Shown: positions 37,185 through 50,572 of the stretch, piece by piece | How positions within the stretch are numbered: position 1 is the stretch's first letter | Layout of the letters: the number at the start of each line of letters is the position of its first letter | Source of the DNA: Phyllobates terribilis | Lineage: Eukaryota | Reading direction: 5' to 3' | NCBI RefSeq assembly: GCF_046119375.1 | Contig: NW_027362762.1 | Coordinates: forward strand, 494,512,001 to 494,576,000 | Length of the DNA stretch: 64,000 nt | Program-made: the position numbers and the translations under genes | Notes under the pieces: model-generated | Seen by the model: the letters and a program-made list of their open reading frames with translations, nothing else | Databases searched by the model: none | Told to the model about the DNA's origin: nothing

Positions 37185-39689
37185 TTAATGTCTACTTGAA
37201 CTATTATTCATTGTTTATGTAGTGATACCATAAATAAAGAAATGGTTAATGGTAAAGTTCCTTGTAGTCTAAGGAAGCAAAAGAGCTGCTGGTAAAGTCC
37301 CCTAAAAAACATTTGCCAGACCACCATAACCAGTTCTGCTTTGTAACTCTGTTCCATGTCCTACTTCTTCAGACTTTGTACTAGGAATAATACAGTACCT
37401 GGGGCAAATGAAAACTGTCTTAAAGATATAGTCTTAAAGATATATTCTCTTTGTGGTCTTTAGAAACCAACCCCAGCACAGCTGTTTCTTAAACAGTAGT
37501 ATAAGAAATTACAGGGTTGTTCTAAAAAAATCAATCAAGTTATTCCCTATTCACAGGATTGGATTTAACCTGCTGATTGCTTAGGTTCTGACCACTTAGA
37601 CCCTCAATGATCCCGAAATTGGGACTCTAGAACCCTGAGAATGAATCTTTGTCATGAACGGAGCAGAAGTGTGCATACGCAACCTCTGCTCCATTCATTT
37701 TCTATCGGAGAGTGGGGTACAGCTCTTGGCTATTTATGGCAGTCCCATAGGCAATAAATGCAGCAGAGACCAAGCATGCACACCTCTGCTCCATTTAGGA
37801 TGGGCTTAAGCCCCCTTTCGGGGTTCCAGAGCCCCGATCTCGGGGTTCCATTGGCCAGACCCGCTGAAAACAGCAAGTTATTCCCTCTCCTGTTTTAAGG
37901 CTAAATTTGAAGCCAGTTGTTGGCTGACATACCTGTTTCATGCGGAACTCGTAAGGTATGTGCCCGTGAATCTTCATGTACACAACTAAATTTCTGTTCA
38001 GGATATCCAGACATAAGAGGTTTTGCGTATTACAGTAACTGCTTGATTGATGAGATTTTTTGAAATATTATTCACACAAAGCAAAGAAAAATTTTATTGG
38101 AAATACACCACCACTGTGTATTTGAACTCTGTCATGCTGATAAGGGATAACTTGATTTTTTGGGAATACTTCTTTAAAGCTGAGCTGTCTATGATTTCTA
38201 TGGGCAACAATTACAACTTTTTTATACAGTTTTGATCAATGAGGCCCATTGTATAATTATTGCCTTTGCCCATAGCTAGATCTTTTATGGCTGCATGTGT
38301 ATTAGAAGTTTTCCAAGAAAAGTTTTGATTTTAAAAGTATAGTACAGAGAGCAATGGAGGGCAGAGTAATAGAGTAGTTTTCGGTATAAAACTTTCCTTT
38401 TGCAAATGTGAAATTGTTTCAACACATATTAAATAATTAGTTATAGGTTTAATTAGAGTATTGTCATTTTGAACCACACAAAGTACTTTCAGAAAGTCTG
38501 CATTACTAAAGAATAATTAAAGAATTAAAAGGAGTTTAGCAAAGCACTTGAGGCAGACAGAGTATTGCATAATGACTTTGTCTATATGGCTGATTAATGC
38601 TTTTCCCTGGCTACCTTTAGTACCATGGATTATTCTGTAAAGGTTTAATGGATTTAAAGGGTCAATGTTCCAGGAAAGATTCCTCCTACAAACAAATACA
38701 ATAAAAAACTTGGTGGCTTTGTCAATTTCTGTTCATAAAACAAAATGCGGTTTAATCAGGGAGACCATGTTAAACTCCAATTTACAAAGAAAACTCCATT
38801 TGTTTTAATGATTTCAGGCAAGAGCTTCAGCCGTTCATTGCACTTTTTTTCTAGTGAGTCAGACTTCAAGAAAATGAAAATAGACTTTCTGCTGACTCTG
38901 ACTGTCTCCAGCTCTTCATTAATTATGCAAATAAAATATTCTCTAATGTTAGTTTAAGGGTATATTATGTCTAATGCCAATGCTACTAAGCATCATTGTG
39001 TTTAGAATAGAAGATTACAGCAGCATCAATGATAGCCTTCAGGATAGTTATAGACATACACAAAGAAGGACTCCGCTAACAGAACTGTATACGGACCCTT
39101 GCCATTCATCAGCTAATTTGTCAAAAGAAGGTGATCCTCGAACAGCCCCTCGCTCTTCACTCTATAACAACTCCTTCACCAATAAGTCATTTTTTTGAAT
39201 ATTTAAAGGTGTTGCCACAAATTACTCCTCCTGTGGATAGGTCATAAGTGTCTAAATCCCGGGCAGTCATAGCTGGCGATTAGATATTTATCACTTATTC
39301 CTATGGATTGCTGTAAAGTGCCTGATCTTGCATGATTGCAGCTATTTAGGTAAAGAAGAATCAGTCATATTGGATTTCAACATGCCAATCCTTAAGGCTC
39401 ATGGCTTACACATTAGATACTGGAGCAGAATGATTGTTCTGCTGATAGCTAGCTCTCCCGATACCTGTTAACACCAAAATGCTCATGTATTTATAAATGG
39501 AAGAGCAGAGAAAGGTTCCATCAAAAAGCTCGGGCAGCGACTTATCTACCGAATAACCAAAGGGTCAGGCATTAACCTTCAAACTACCCACCAACATCAT
39601 ATGTTTTAAGAATAGTTGTGAGGAACCTCAAACACATTAGACTTGGCTGATTATGCCTCTATCAATGGGTTTGGACGACTTTAATCTAA

Positions 39690-39762
39690 TATGTATTGTC
39701 TGAATTGTAAAGTGCTGCGGAATATGTTGGCGCTATATAAATAAAAAGATTATTATTATCAT
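39690..39762 (+). mobile_element. L2/SINE 3' tail fragment
   Basis: TGAATTGTAAAGTGCTGCGGAATATGTTGGCGCTATATAAATAAAAAGATTATTATTAT matches the 3' end of the SINE at 54691-54963. Confidence 0.6.
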
Positions 39763-42700
39763 TGGACCCTTTAGTTCTTATGGAAGATAATATCATGCTA
39801 GAGGGTTTGACCACAGCATTTTACGTGCATGTTGAATTGGGAAGAGTAACTGAGCAAAAATTTAGCCAACAGCTACCTAAAGGTATGGGCAGCTTTACAT
39901 TAGTCTCTAAACTATTGAATCCTTTTTGAAGCATTCTAGTTAAAAGTGATATGCTGTATTATTCCTAGTGCAGATCTGAGATGACAATAAGATATCGAAC
40001 ACTTTTAAGAAAATTCTTGAGGAGTAATGCACCCACCACAGGTCTTGTGCTAGATATAATATAGTGTACAGTGTCAGTAAAATTGGATTATTCATCTAAG
40101 TCCTCATGCACTATGACCTTTTTAGAGGAACCAACTGTCCCTCTGTTTTTTTACTACAGATCTGTAGGCATCAAATGAGACACAACACAGTTTATTACTA
40201 TGATATTTTAATTAGTCTTATTAATGAAAATTCTTGCAAAAAAATCTTTTGTATTCCTTCATGTGAAACTAGAAATTCTCAGAGATAGTCAATCTGCATA
40301 AGTTCATAGAAGGCTACCATTCAACTTAGAGGTTAAATAAAGCTGTAAATTGGGCATAAGTTTTATGTCAGTGATAGCATACAAGTGAATACTATAATTA
40401 GAGCAATCTAATGCGTAGATATGGTAAATTGGATTATGAACACAATTTTCTAATTAAACAAATACCATCTTGAAGAATCTACTTATCCAGGAGATCATTG
40501 AGTTCCAACATGAATTTTTGCAAACCTGACTCATTACCTAACATTTCTACCAGTGTGGCATTATGTAAGCCAATCATATGATACTTTATTATCTGTGATT
40601 TATTGTTTCATTGTCTTCCTAGACTTGAATATATTGTTTAGCACAGAGAAGAGTGCTGCAATAGAATGTACAGTTCTGCCCATATCTTACCATATCTTAG
40701 CATGCTGTCTGCACAAGAACCAGCCTGCCACTGCTTGGTGCTTGAGTATTGGCCGATGGATAGTAGTATCCATTTTCTTCCATTAAAAATATTTTTATAG
40801 TGAAGCTATTTGTACACTGCCTGTAGCAGCAACCCTTTTCTGTATGTATGCTCATAATATTAACCTCTAAATGCCCCATGCTGTAACATTATGGTGCGGG
40901 CTCCTGACCAGTTTCTGCAGCGGTTGTCAGCAGTGATGAATGACATCCTGCTCCAATGGATGAGATCACAGATTACTCTCATCATGGATCATAATCCATA
41001 AGATGCTATGGTACATTGCAACAGCGGCATCTAAGAAGTTGTCGAAAGGGAGAGGGTCTGATGATATCATCATATTGTTCTCAACACACAAAAAAAAATT
41101 GGGTAATAAAAAGAGTAAAAAAATAAATCAATAAAGTCTACAGAAAAATGAATAAATAATAAATATATTAATAAACAAACCTTGCCACGCCATAAGTGGG
41201 ACCTTGTATACCATACCACAAACGTTGTAAAATAAAATAACTCGAGAAACAAAGACAATACTTTTTTTATACTATTTTCCAAAAAATAAAGAATGTTCAA
41301 TAAATTATACTTTTTGCACTCCAAATTGGTATAATTAAAAAATAAAACTTATCCTACAAAAAAAAAAACAAGGCCTCATTGGCTACACAAGTGAAATAGA
41401 ACAATATAACATTTTGTTGCAATTAATTCTAAATATTCTCCTACGAGAAAAAAAAATATTTTCACAAAATTACAGTTTAGAAGTTTGTTTTCCAGACAGT
41501 AATTCCCGATTCAACCTAATATATGTATTTTACTACTGTTTCAATTTGCTGAAGTGTTCTTTCTTGTTCTGTAAAATGTTACCTCAAGATAACATGATAG
41601 AGAATGAAACTTTATGACCGACGCTATAAAGGAGATTTTTTTATAGTTACTGAAAGCACAGCATCAAGTCATTGATTTTAAAGCTAAAATATGATGCAGC
41701 TCTTGTTTATTGATTAATAGCATTAGTGCAAGTGGATGAGAGTTTTACTGTTGCTGCAGAATTTCCATTATACTCAAGGGAGCAGGAAAGATAAGATGCT
41801 GTGAAGAACCATTAATACTGTACAGAGTAGCTAATTATGTTATATAGCTGTTAGCTCAGTAACAGAACGTCCTTTGTATATCTACAGTAATTATAAAAAT
41901 AATGAAATCTTGAATGGTAAGTACCACTTAATCTATTCATATACTGGTGGGTATTGCTTATTGGGTAGTCATCCATGACAATGTACAAGAAAACTGTGTA
42001 TAAAAACATAGCTCTCATAAAGTACTTTTCACAAAACAGTGATAGTAAAATGAAATACTGTACATGGTGTTATTTGTGAAAGACAAAATTAATATGTTAG
42101 CTTCAGATTGACTGCACTTTATAAGGTATTCACAAAGGTATTCACAAGCTGCCTCTTTCACATACAACCACCTAAAGTCTGGATTCACTTTGTACTAAGC
42201 TCAATGCTCCACCTCAAAGTTAAAATATACCGTTCAAAGCGACTTTTTTGGTGACACTGTTTTAGGATGAGTCATCTGAATTGCTTGCATAAAGACTAAA
42301 GTTGTGGCACTCGTCTTTTTTGTTTGCGCTTTATTCCGAATTACTGGATAGATGGCGCACCTTAAGACCAACCCTGTTTCGCATAAACAAGTGCTTTCTT
42401 AAGCACCACCATTGTCGTAGGCATACAATGAAAAAAACTCCTAGGCTTATCCGTGATTCAGTAGGCTCTACTGAGCTTGGAACTTCACTGAATCTTACGA
42501 AGGTCCATCATTGCACTAGTGCCAAGCATTCCACCTGAATCAAGAGATAGAAAATCCTCATTAACTTCTAAGTATGTTTTCAATGACAACACACACTCTT
42601 AAGGTATCTGGCTCTAATAGTTGTGGAGCTCAGTAAAATTACAGAAGGAGTCCTGCAGAAAGTGTGTCTTTGTGGCTTTGGCCTTAAGAAGTGCTGTCTA

Positions 42701-44302
42701 TCCAATGAAATGCAATAGACTGATGATCTGGAATTTAGCTGAGCATTGCTGCTATTTGCACATAATACCCTAGGAGGGAGTGTTGTCATTGAAAATATGC
42801 TAAGAAGCCACTACTTTGTGGACTCAACAGGCCCTTCTGACTTACAGGAAAATCTAGAACTTTTTTTTTTTATTGTGTGCCTGCGACAATAGTTTAGATT
42901 CTGGTGAACTTTTGGCATGAATTTTTTTGTCACTGCAGTTAGGTTTTCAAAATGTAAAAGAAACCAAATATATGACTGTGATACAGAAGTAAAAAGTAAA
43001 AATTATCACAGATTTTTTTTTTAACTAACAAATAATGGCCCTTACGTAAGGATGAAAGGATCTTTTGAAATTTGAGTCTGCCAGGTTCAACAAATTTTCC
43101 CCCAAAATTTGACTTACGTCAAATAAATTTGCTGTGGATCGCAGTACTGAAAAGCTACTAATTGTCTAGAAAATAGTGTGTGAAAGAGAGATCAAATTAG
43201 AACTGAGGGGTTTAATATTGCCCTCCTTGTTTTTAGTGTGTGAAGAATAAAGGCTATTCTTAATATGCTGTTACAGCAATATATTACAGTATCAACAGCA
43301 GTTCAGTATATCACTTGAATCTATGGATTGCTATTCACAGACTGAGACTACCACTCCCATTTTCAATGTTCTTCAACACTGCAGTACTACACCACAATCA
43401 GATTAGGTCTTTTACTATCTCTATTTGGAATGAGCTGTGCACTCAGACCTCATATACCTTCACTTTACAAGCATAAAAAGGCGTTCCTTTGCCAGCCTCT
43501 ATCTTTTATACTGGAATAGCCCTCCTGATTTAAGGGCATTAAGTGGTAGCCCACGCAGCTGCACAAAGCATCATTGGCCCACTCGCTGATGCTCTAAATC
43601 TACATCATTTTGTATTTATTTTTCTAAAATGCGAGGTTACAGGAACATTGTGACCTTTTATGTATCAAATTCTGTGCAGCCTTCCCGTATTGTGACGTCA
43701 CTGTTTGCGTCATTTATGTGTTTTGACTTCAGTGGGTAAAGTACCACTGTAAATTATGGAGACCAAAAAATCATAAGCTTTTCATGTTTTGAACTTGCTC
43801 TTGAAGATAGTCATCATTGAATTGGTTTCCATTCCTAATTTTGCCTTTTCTGGTGACAATCTGTATTTGTACCAGGTTTTCAAAATTAAACTTTTAGGAA
43901 TTGTACCAAAGTTCTGCACATATCCAGAATGTTTTTTTTATATGCAGACCAATAAAAATGTGTCTCATGTCTTCTAATGCTGTTTCTTGATACTGCATAA
44001 TACTGCCAATGGGTAATTGTGCCAGGAAAGGAGACATGTCACTGGAGCTGCATAGTTTACAAGCAGAGATTAGTGAAACCGTATTCTCTATTGATTCTCC
44101 AAAATGTTAAACACGTCATTTACTGCATATCTTGCAGCTGAAAAATCAATTCTGTCACCTCTATTAATAATAATTGAGGAATATAATAATAGAGAACATT
44201 TTGTCTAGTTTAAGCTCAACACACATTTACCAATGCAGTAAATACTAAATAGCTGATATTAGTTATTAACCATGGCCATTAATTCCAAACCTGGCATACA
44301 TA

Positions 44303-45952
44303 CAGTTATATGAAAAAGTTTGGGCACCCCTATTAATCTTAAGCTTAATGTTTTAAAAAAATTGGTGTTTTTGCAACAGCTATTGCAGTTTGATATATGT
44401 AATAACTGTTGGACACAGTAATGTTTCTGCCTTGAAATGAGGTTTATTGTACTAACAGAAAATGTGCAATCTGCATTCAAACTAAATTTGACAGGTGCAT
44501 AAGTATGGGCACCCTTATCATTTTCTTGTATTAAATACTCCAACCTACTTTTTACTGACTTACTAAAGCACTTTTTTTGGTTTTGTAACCTCATTGAGCT
44601 TTGAACTTCATAGGCAGGTGTATGCAATCATGAGAAAAGCTACTTAAAGTGGCCACTTGCAAGTTGTTCTCCTGTTTGAATCTCCTCTGAAGAGTGGCAT
44701 CATGGGCTCCTCAAAACAACTGTCAAATGATCTGAAAACAAAGATTATTCAACATAGTTGTTCAGGGGAAGGATACAAAAAGCTGTCTCAGAGATTTAAC
44801 CTGTCAGTTTCCACTGTGAGGAACATAGTAAGGAAATGGAAGAACACAGGGACAGTTCTTGTTAAGGCCAGAAGTGGCAGGCCAAGAAAAACATCAGAAA
44901 GGCAGAGAAGAAGATTGGTGAGATCAGTCAAGGACAATCCTCAGACCACCTCCAGAGAGCTGCAGCATCAACTTGCTGCAGATGGTGTCACTGTGCATCG
45001 GTCAACTATACAACACACTTTGCACAAGGAGAAGCTGTATGGGAGAGTGATGCGAAAGAAGCCATTTCTGCCAGCACGCCACAAACAGAGTCGGCTGAGG
45101 TATGCAAAAGCACATTTGGAGAAGCCAATTTCTTTTTGGAAGAAGGTCCTGTGGACTGATGAAACCAAGATTGAGTTGTTTGGTCACACAAAAAGGCGTT
45201 ATGCATGGTGGCAAAAAAACACTGCATTCCAAGAAAAACACTTGCTACCCACAGTAAAATTAGGTGGAGGTTCCATCATGCTTTGGGGCTGTGTGGCCAA
45301 TGCCGGCACCGGGAATCTTGTTAAAGTTGAGGGACGCATGGAATCCACTCAGTATCAGCAGATTCTTGACAATAATGTTCAAGAATCAGTGATAAAGTTG
45401 AAGTTACGCAGGGGATGGATCTTTCAGCAAGACAATGATCCAAAACACCACTCCAAATCTACTCAGGCATTCATGCAGAGGAACAATTACAATGTTCTGG
45501 AATGGCCATCCCAGTCCCCAGACCTGAATATCATTGAACATCTGTGGGATCATTTGAAGAGGGCTGTCCATGCTCTGCGACCATCATACTTAACTGAACT
45601 GGAATTGCTTTGTAAAGAGGAATGGTCAAAAATACCTTCATCCAGGATCCAGGAACTCATTAAAAGCTACAGGAAGCGACTAGAGGCTGTTATTTTTGCA
45701 AAAGGAGGATCTACTAAATATTAATGTCACTTTTCTGGTGAGGTGCCCATACTTATGCACCTGTCAAATTTTGTTTGAATGCAGATTGCACATTTTCTGT
45801 TAGTACAATAAACCTCATTTCAAGGCAGAAACATTACTGTGTCCAACAGTTATTACATATATCAAACTGAAATAGCTGTTGCAAAAACACCAATTTTTAT
45901 AAAACAATAAGCTTAAGTTTAATAGGGGTGCCCAAACTATTTCATATAACTG
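44303..45952 (+). mobile_element. Tc1 transposon, full length, IR/DR type, intact ORF
   Basis: ~210-bp inverted repeats starting CAGTTATATGAAAAAGTTTGGGCACCCCT with an inner direct repeat (AAGTATGGGCACC); TA TSDs at 44301-02 and 45953-54. Confidence 0.97.
44702..45724 (+). CDS. Tc1 transposase, 340 aa, DD34E
   Basis: MGSSKQLSNDLK...SGRPRK (paired-like HTH), WTDETK, QQDNDPKH and SPDLNIIE with exactly 34 residues between the second D and E; ends GGSTKY*; no stops or frameshifts. Confidence 0.92.
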   Translation: MGSSKQLSNDLKTKIIQHSCSGEGYKKLSQRFNLSVSTVRNIVRKWKNTGTVLVKARSGRPRKTSERQRRRLVRSVKDNPQTTSRELQHQLAADGVTVHRSTIQHTLHKEKLYGRVMRKKPFLPARHKQSRLRYAKAHLEKPISFWKKVLWTDETKIELFGHTKRRYAWWQKNTAFQEKHLLPTVKLGGGSIMLWGCVANAGTGNLVKVEGRMESTQYQQILDNNVQESVIKLKLRRGWIFQQDNDPKHHSKSTQAFMQRNNYNVLEWPSQSPDLNIIEHLWDHLKRAVHALRPSYLTELELLCKEEWSKIPSSRIQELIKSYRKRLEAVIFAKGGSTKY

Positions 45953-46949
45953 TATGCATACTGACAAAATAGGTTACCTCTGTAATTTTATCCTTCAATC
46001 AATAGATTGTGTGATTTAGTAAGACTCTAACACTGTTTGTCATGCTTTTTAATAATTAGCTTAAAGGTTATTATTAGAGATGATCAAATTTTTTTGAGTC
46101 AAATTGCATTCTTGAACTTTACAAAATTAGTATTTTCAGGAATTCAGATTTTTTTGCAATTGACTCTAAAGAAACTCAGCAAAATGGCGGGCATCTGTGG
46201 CTGTTATTTTGCTGCACCATAGAGGGCCAGACTAATGGTTAAAAAAAGTTATAATTATAATACTTCCCTCATCACTCACCTCTATCGCTGCCCCCCACAG
46301 CCTGCCATCTGGTCTTCCGTGTCTCTTCTTTACCCCTTCCTCATCGTGCACATCTTCTTTGGTCACTTCACTTTGTATACTTTAGGAGGTATAATTTTTA
46401 CTGCAGTTTTGTTGCATAATTATAAGATAGCTAGCTACTATGTAAAGCAGGCCTGCACAGCAAATTGCCCATGGACTAAATGTGGCCTTCCAAAGGAAGC
46501 TAAGAGACCCGGCTCCCATTCTTCCTATATTTAAATTTATTTGCGTCTTTCAGATGAGAATACATTTGAACACTTGAGCACTGGGACCGGGGCAAAGCAG
46601 CATAAGCCCCCTCCCCAACGTGCAGTGGCGTGATGAGGTCAACACGCTTCTGACCTCATCACACTGCTGCTGACTCCACAGTGACGGCGGGCAACGGTAA
46701 TCACTCCGCGGAGGCACTGAAGATAAAATGATTAAATATTAAGCTTAAGATTAAATTATTTTAGATCAGGGGGAGGGGATGGTTTGTGTTCCTATAGGGC
46801 ACATAATGAGGCAATAAGGTACATTATGAGGCAATTAGGGGGAGATAGTAAAAGGGTACATTGTATAGCAAGGGAAAGTGGGGTGGGGGGAACTTTATGC
46901 AGAGTGGCAGAGTGGGGGAATATTATGGAAATGGAAATTTGCGTGGCTA

Positions 46950-47600
46950 CCTTATAGAGAGGGGAAGTAGTGTGGCAGGGAATATTGTGGAGTTGGGCAT
47001 GTGTTGGGGAAATTATGGAGAGGGGCAGTGTGAAGGAGACTTTATGGAAATGGGCATTGTGGGTAAGACATTATAGAGAAGGGCAGTATGGGGGAGACAT
47101 TATAGAGAGAAGCTGTGTGGGGGAGTCATTATGGAGACGGGCAGTGCATGGGAAGCATAGAGATCGACAGTGTAATGAGGGCATTCTACAGAGGGACAGT
47201 GGTGTGGGGGAGACATTATAGAGAGGGCAATGTTGATGGGACATTATGGAGAGAGGCAGTGTGGGGACTGGGAGAGACATTATAGAGGGGCAGTGTGAGG
47301 GAGACATGAAGAGGCGCAGTGCGGGGGATATTATAGAGAGGGGCAGTGCGGGCAGAGACATTATAGAGAGGGACAGTGTGGGGAGAACATTATACAGAGG
47401 GACAGTGTGGGGGAGATGTTATAGAGACACAATGTAGGGGGGACATAATGGAGAAGGGCAGTGTGAGGGAATATTATGGAGAGGGGTACAGTGTTGGAAA
47501 TATTAAGGAAAGGGGCAGTGTGGGTGAGACATTATGGAGAGGGGCAGTGTGTTGGGAATATTATGGAGAAGGGCAGTGCTGGTGGGATATTTTGTGCAGG
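46950..47600. repeat. Degenerate ~26-bp G/A-rich minisatellite
   Basis: Repeated GGAGACATTATAGAGAGGGGCAGTGTG-like units. Probably internal to a hAT-type MITE ending ...TTGTGCATCGCTG near 48546. Confidence 0.8.
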
Positions 47601-48029
47601 AGGCACAGTGAGGAGCAATCATTCATTCAGGGGCGCAGCATGGGAGATATTTTTATTTATAGTGCAGTATAATGATGCTTTTATTTTTAAGGGCATTGTG
47701 TCGGAAAGTGCTGCTGAAGACTGGAGAAGAGGGAAGTCTGGAGAGTTAAGCTTTGGGTGTGAAATCTCATTATGGTGTCTGTACAACATGCAGATGAAAG
47801 GGATGAGAACAACATCAATCAGAAAACATGTCATCTATAAGCTACCTGGATGTAAATACTGCTTGTATCTCACCTGTACTGTGGTTTCTGTGTGGTCCGC
47901 AGTCTGATGATGGCTGTTAACAACTCCCAGTATCTCCTTACCATTGATAAGAGCATCCTGGGAATTGTAAGCTCAAGCAATACAATTATATATGGGGCTG
48001 ACCTGACATTACAATTGATCGCTGTACTT

Positions 48030-48225
48030 ATCTTGTTGCTATATGCATGTACTGATGGTGGTTCTGGTGCTGCATTCATGCACTGACGGTGGTTATAGTG
48101 CTGCATTCATGTACTGATGGTAGTTCTGATGCTGCATTCATGTATTGATGGTGGTTCTGGTGCAGCATTCATATATTGATAGTCTGGCTCTGCATTCATG
48201 TGCTGATAGTGATTGTGGTTCTGAT
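48030..48225. repeat. 31-bp tandem repeat, ~6 units
   Basis: TGATGGTGGTTCTGGTGCTGCATTCATGTAC-like units. Confidence 0.8.
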
Positions 48226-49724
48226 TTCGTACACATATAGCAATCCATGATGTGCATCATGGCTATGTTAAAACTTCAAAAGCATGAAAACTTGGTGATT
48301 TGGTGAGTTTCTGCTCCAAAAACTCAGTTTAAGTTAGCGTGTGTTCAGACTTATTTGTTTGAAGCAGAAACACTCCAAATCCTCCTCAAATACTAAAACC
48401 TTGGTTTTAGTGATGTATTAATGTACTGATGATGGTTCTGATGAGGTATTCATGTAAGCACCCTTTTTATAATATTTTTTGCGGCCCTTGGGATTGGTTC
48501 AGTATAGCAATGTGGCTGTAGGGCCAAAAAATGTTGTGCATCGCTGATGTAAGGGGCTGGGTTGAAATATTTTATGACTCACAATTACTGGTGAATTGGA
48601 ATCCAGTCCATCAAATAATTTGGCCTATTTCTGTGGAATTTGATAGAGAGACTTAAAGAAGCACTCTCATCTTTGACAAAGAACACCGGATAGGTTTTGA
48701 AATGCATAGCCTCCTTCTTTCTTCCATCATATGTGTGTATTACCAATTTTAAATTGTTTAAATAAAGCATCAAGTTTAAATACATATCCCGGAGCTGGAA
48801 ATAACTTTCTTTTACATTTCTGCTAATTCATGTCTGGCCTGACGTGGCTCCATGCACACTGTACACCTTGTGACATTGGTGAGCTCGCTTTTTTCAATTT
48901 TTACAAACTAATATTGTCCCTCAAATGCACCAAAGCCTTTAATGTACTAATTTAAATCACAGAAAACTAAAAGGTGAAAAAGTGAACATTTGTCTCATGA
49001 AAATCTAAGTTACATATACCTCTTATTATTTTTTTGTCATTTTAGTGCCATGAGAAAGCAATAAGCACTTCTGTGACATAGGCTAGGAGTGTTTTCTAAA
49101 GCCTCAACAATACAATAATGGTTATTTCAGCCTGAAGGACTAAATTGATGAAACTTGGTCATGGAGGTAGACGACCTTTATAGCATCTTACATGAAATAA
49201 TAAAAGCAATAATGCGTCTTTAATCTATTCCATTTTGCACTGTGCCAAGAAAATACCCAGCTCAGCCTTGACCTAGACATTGCACTTTCACAAGTATCAG
49301 AAGATTTACAGGCTATGTGTAATACTTGTTATTAACCCACAGTCATTACATTTTAGAGTCATTTACTGAATGATCAAAATAAAAAAATTTGAACATTATA
49401 TCTAATAAGACAAATGCATTATATTTGCAAGTTATATAAAGCATTATACTGGCAAATACCATCACTCAGCTCGGGGGTGATAAAGGCTGCTTTTCTGACT
49501 GTATGAATAATTCATCAAAGTGATAAAGTTGGCAGCATATAAATACTCAATGATCGTCTAGAGGTCTTTGGGACTCTTCCAGCAGGACTCTTCTTGAAAT
49601 CAATAATCCGGTTAGTAAAGTGAGTACTTTACTTTACTGATACACTCTCGCTACTGTAAGAGTGGTAGACTGTGCTGCTGTGTTTCTACCGCTGAAGACA
49701 CTCAATATCATGAAATGTGAATAG

Positions 49725-50572
49725 TGTCATGCGTTTCTATGCATCTAGTGTATAATGTTGTTAGTGTACAGTATAAGGATAGGACATAAGTTAAGGATAA
49801 TAGGATTAGTACATTCTGGTATAGGACAGTAACTGTAATTAGCTGAAGGTAAAAGATAAGGTACAGTTAATGTTTGGGATGAGCCCACAGTGGGAGGATG
49901 GAAGTGCTATTGAAAAGCGCTAGTGATAAGCAGGCACTTCCTGGTAGTGATTCAGATAGGGAAATACAGCAACAAGGTCAAATTCAAGTGCAATGGGCTG
50001 CTGAGGCCAGCACGTACCTATCGTTGAAGGCACTAGAGGTCGCACTAGAATCCCGTGCAGATATTTCGGCAACGTTAGGAGCTCAAGGCCTGACATATGG
50101 GCTAAATGGTGCCTCGTGTCCTCTGGCACACAGGGGAAGAGGGACATGGAACCCTGTGAAGGGAGGGTGACATCTTGGGTGCTCTGCGGAACTGGACAGG
50201 AAATCCCTGGGGCTGACAGAGCTAGCGGGCGTAGGGAAAGTACAGGAGGAACAAATGGTAGGGCTGAATATGTGTTGTGCTAAGGAAGTAAGGAACAAGA
50301 AGTGTTTTGTCCTATCCCACATGTTACAATCTGATGAATTTGAACTGCCCAGTAAACGTTTCCTTGTTAAAATGAACTTGGTGTCCCTGAGTTGTGTGTG
50401 GTGGCTCCTGCAAATGGAGGTCTAGAGACAGCGGAGGCCTGCAGACTACAAGTGAGTGTGATGCTCCCAACGCCTGACAGCATGCTGGTACTGGGACACT
50501 GTTTTCCTGTAAAGTGCCAGGGCGCTGCGAAGCAGCAACTCAGTTATGGCTACCACTCACGGTCACTTTACA
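49725..50572 (+). mobile_element. Probable solo LTR (~850 bp)
   Basis: TGTCATG...CTTTACA termini with a sharp composition change at both ends; TSD not matched (ATAG vs CTAC). Confidence 0.45.

Noticed and set aside
38860-39170. Two possible small plus-strand exons (RLQENENRLSADSDC..., IEDYSSINDSLQD...)
   Set aside because: Weak splice signals and no recognisable protein; cannot be supported without expression data.
42190-42840. Coding-like unique block
   Set aside because: Stops in all six frames over short distances; no motif identified.
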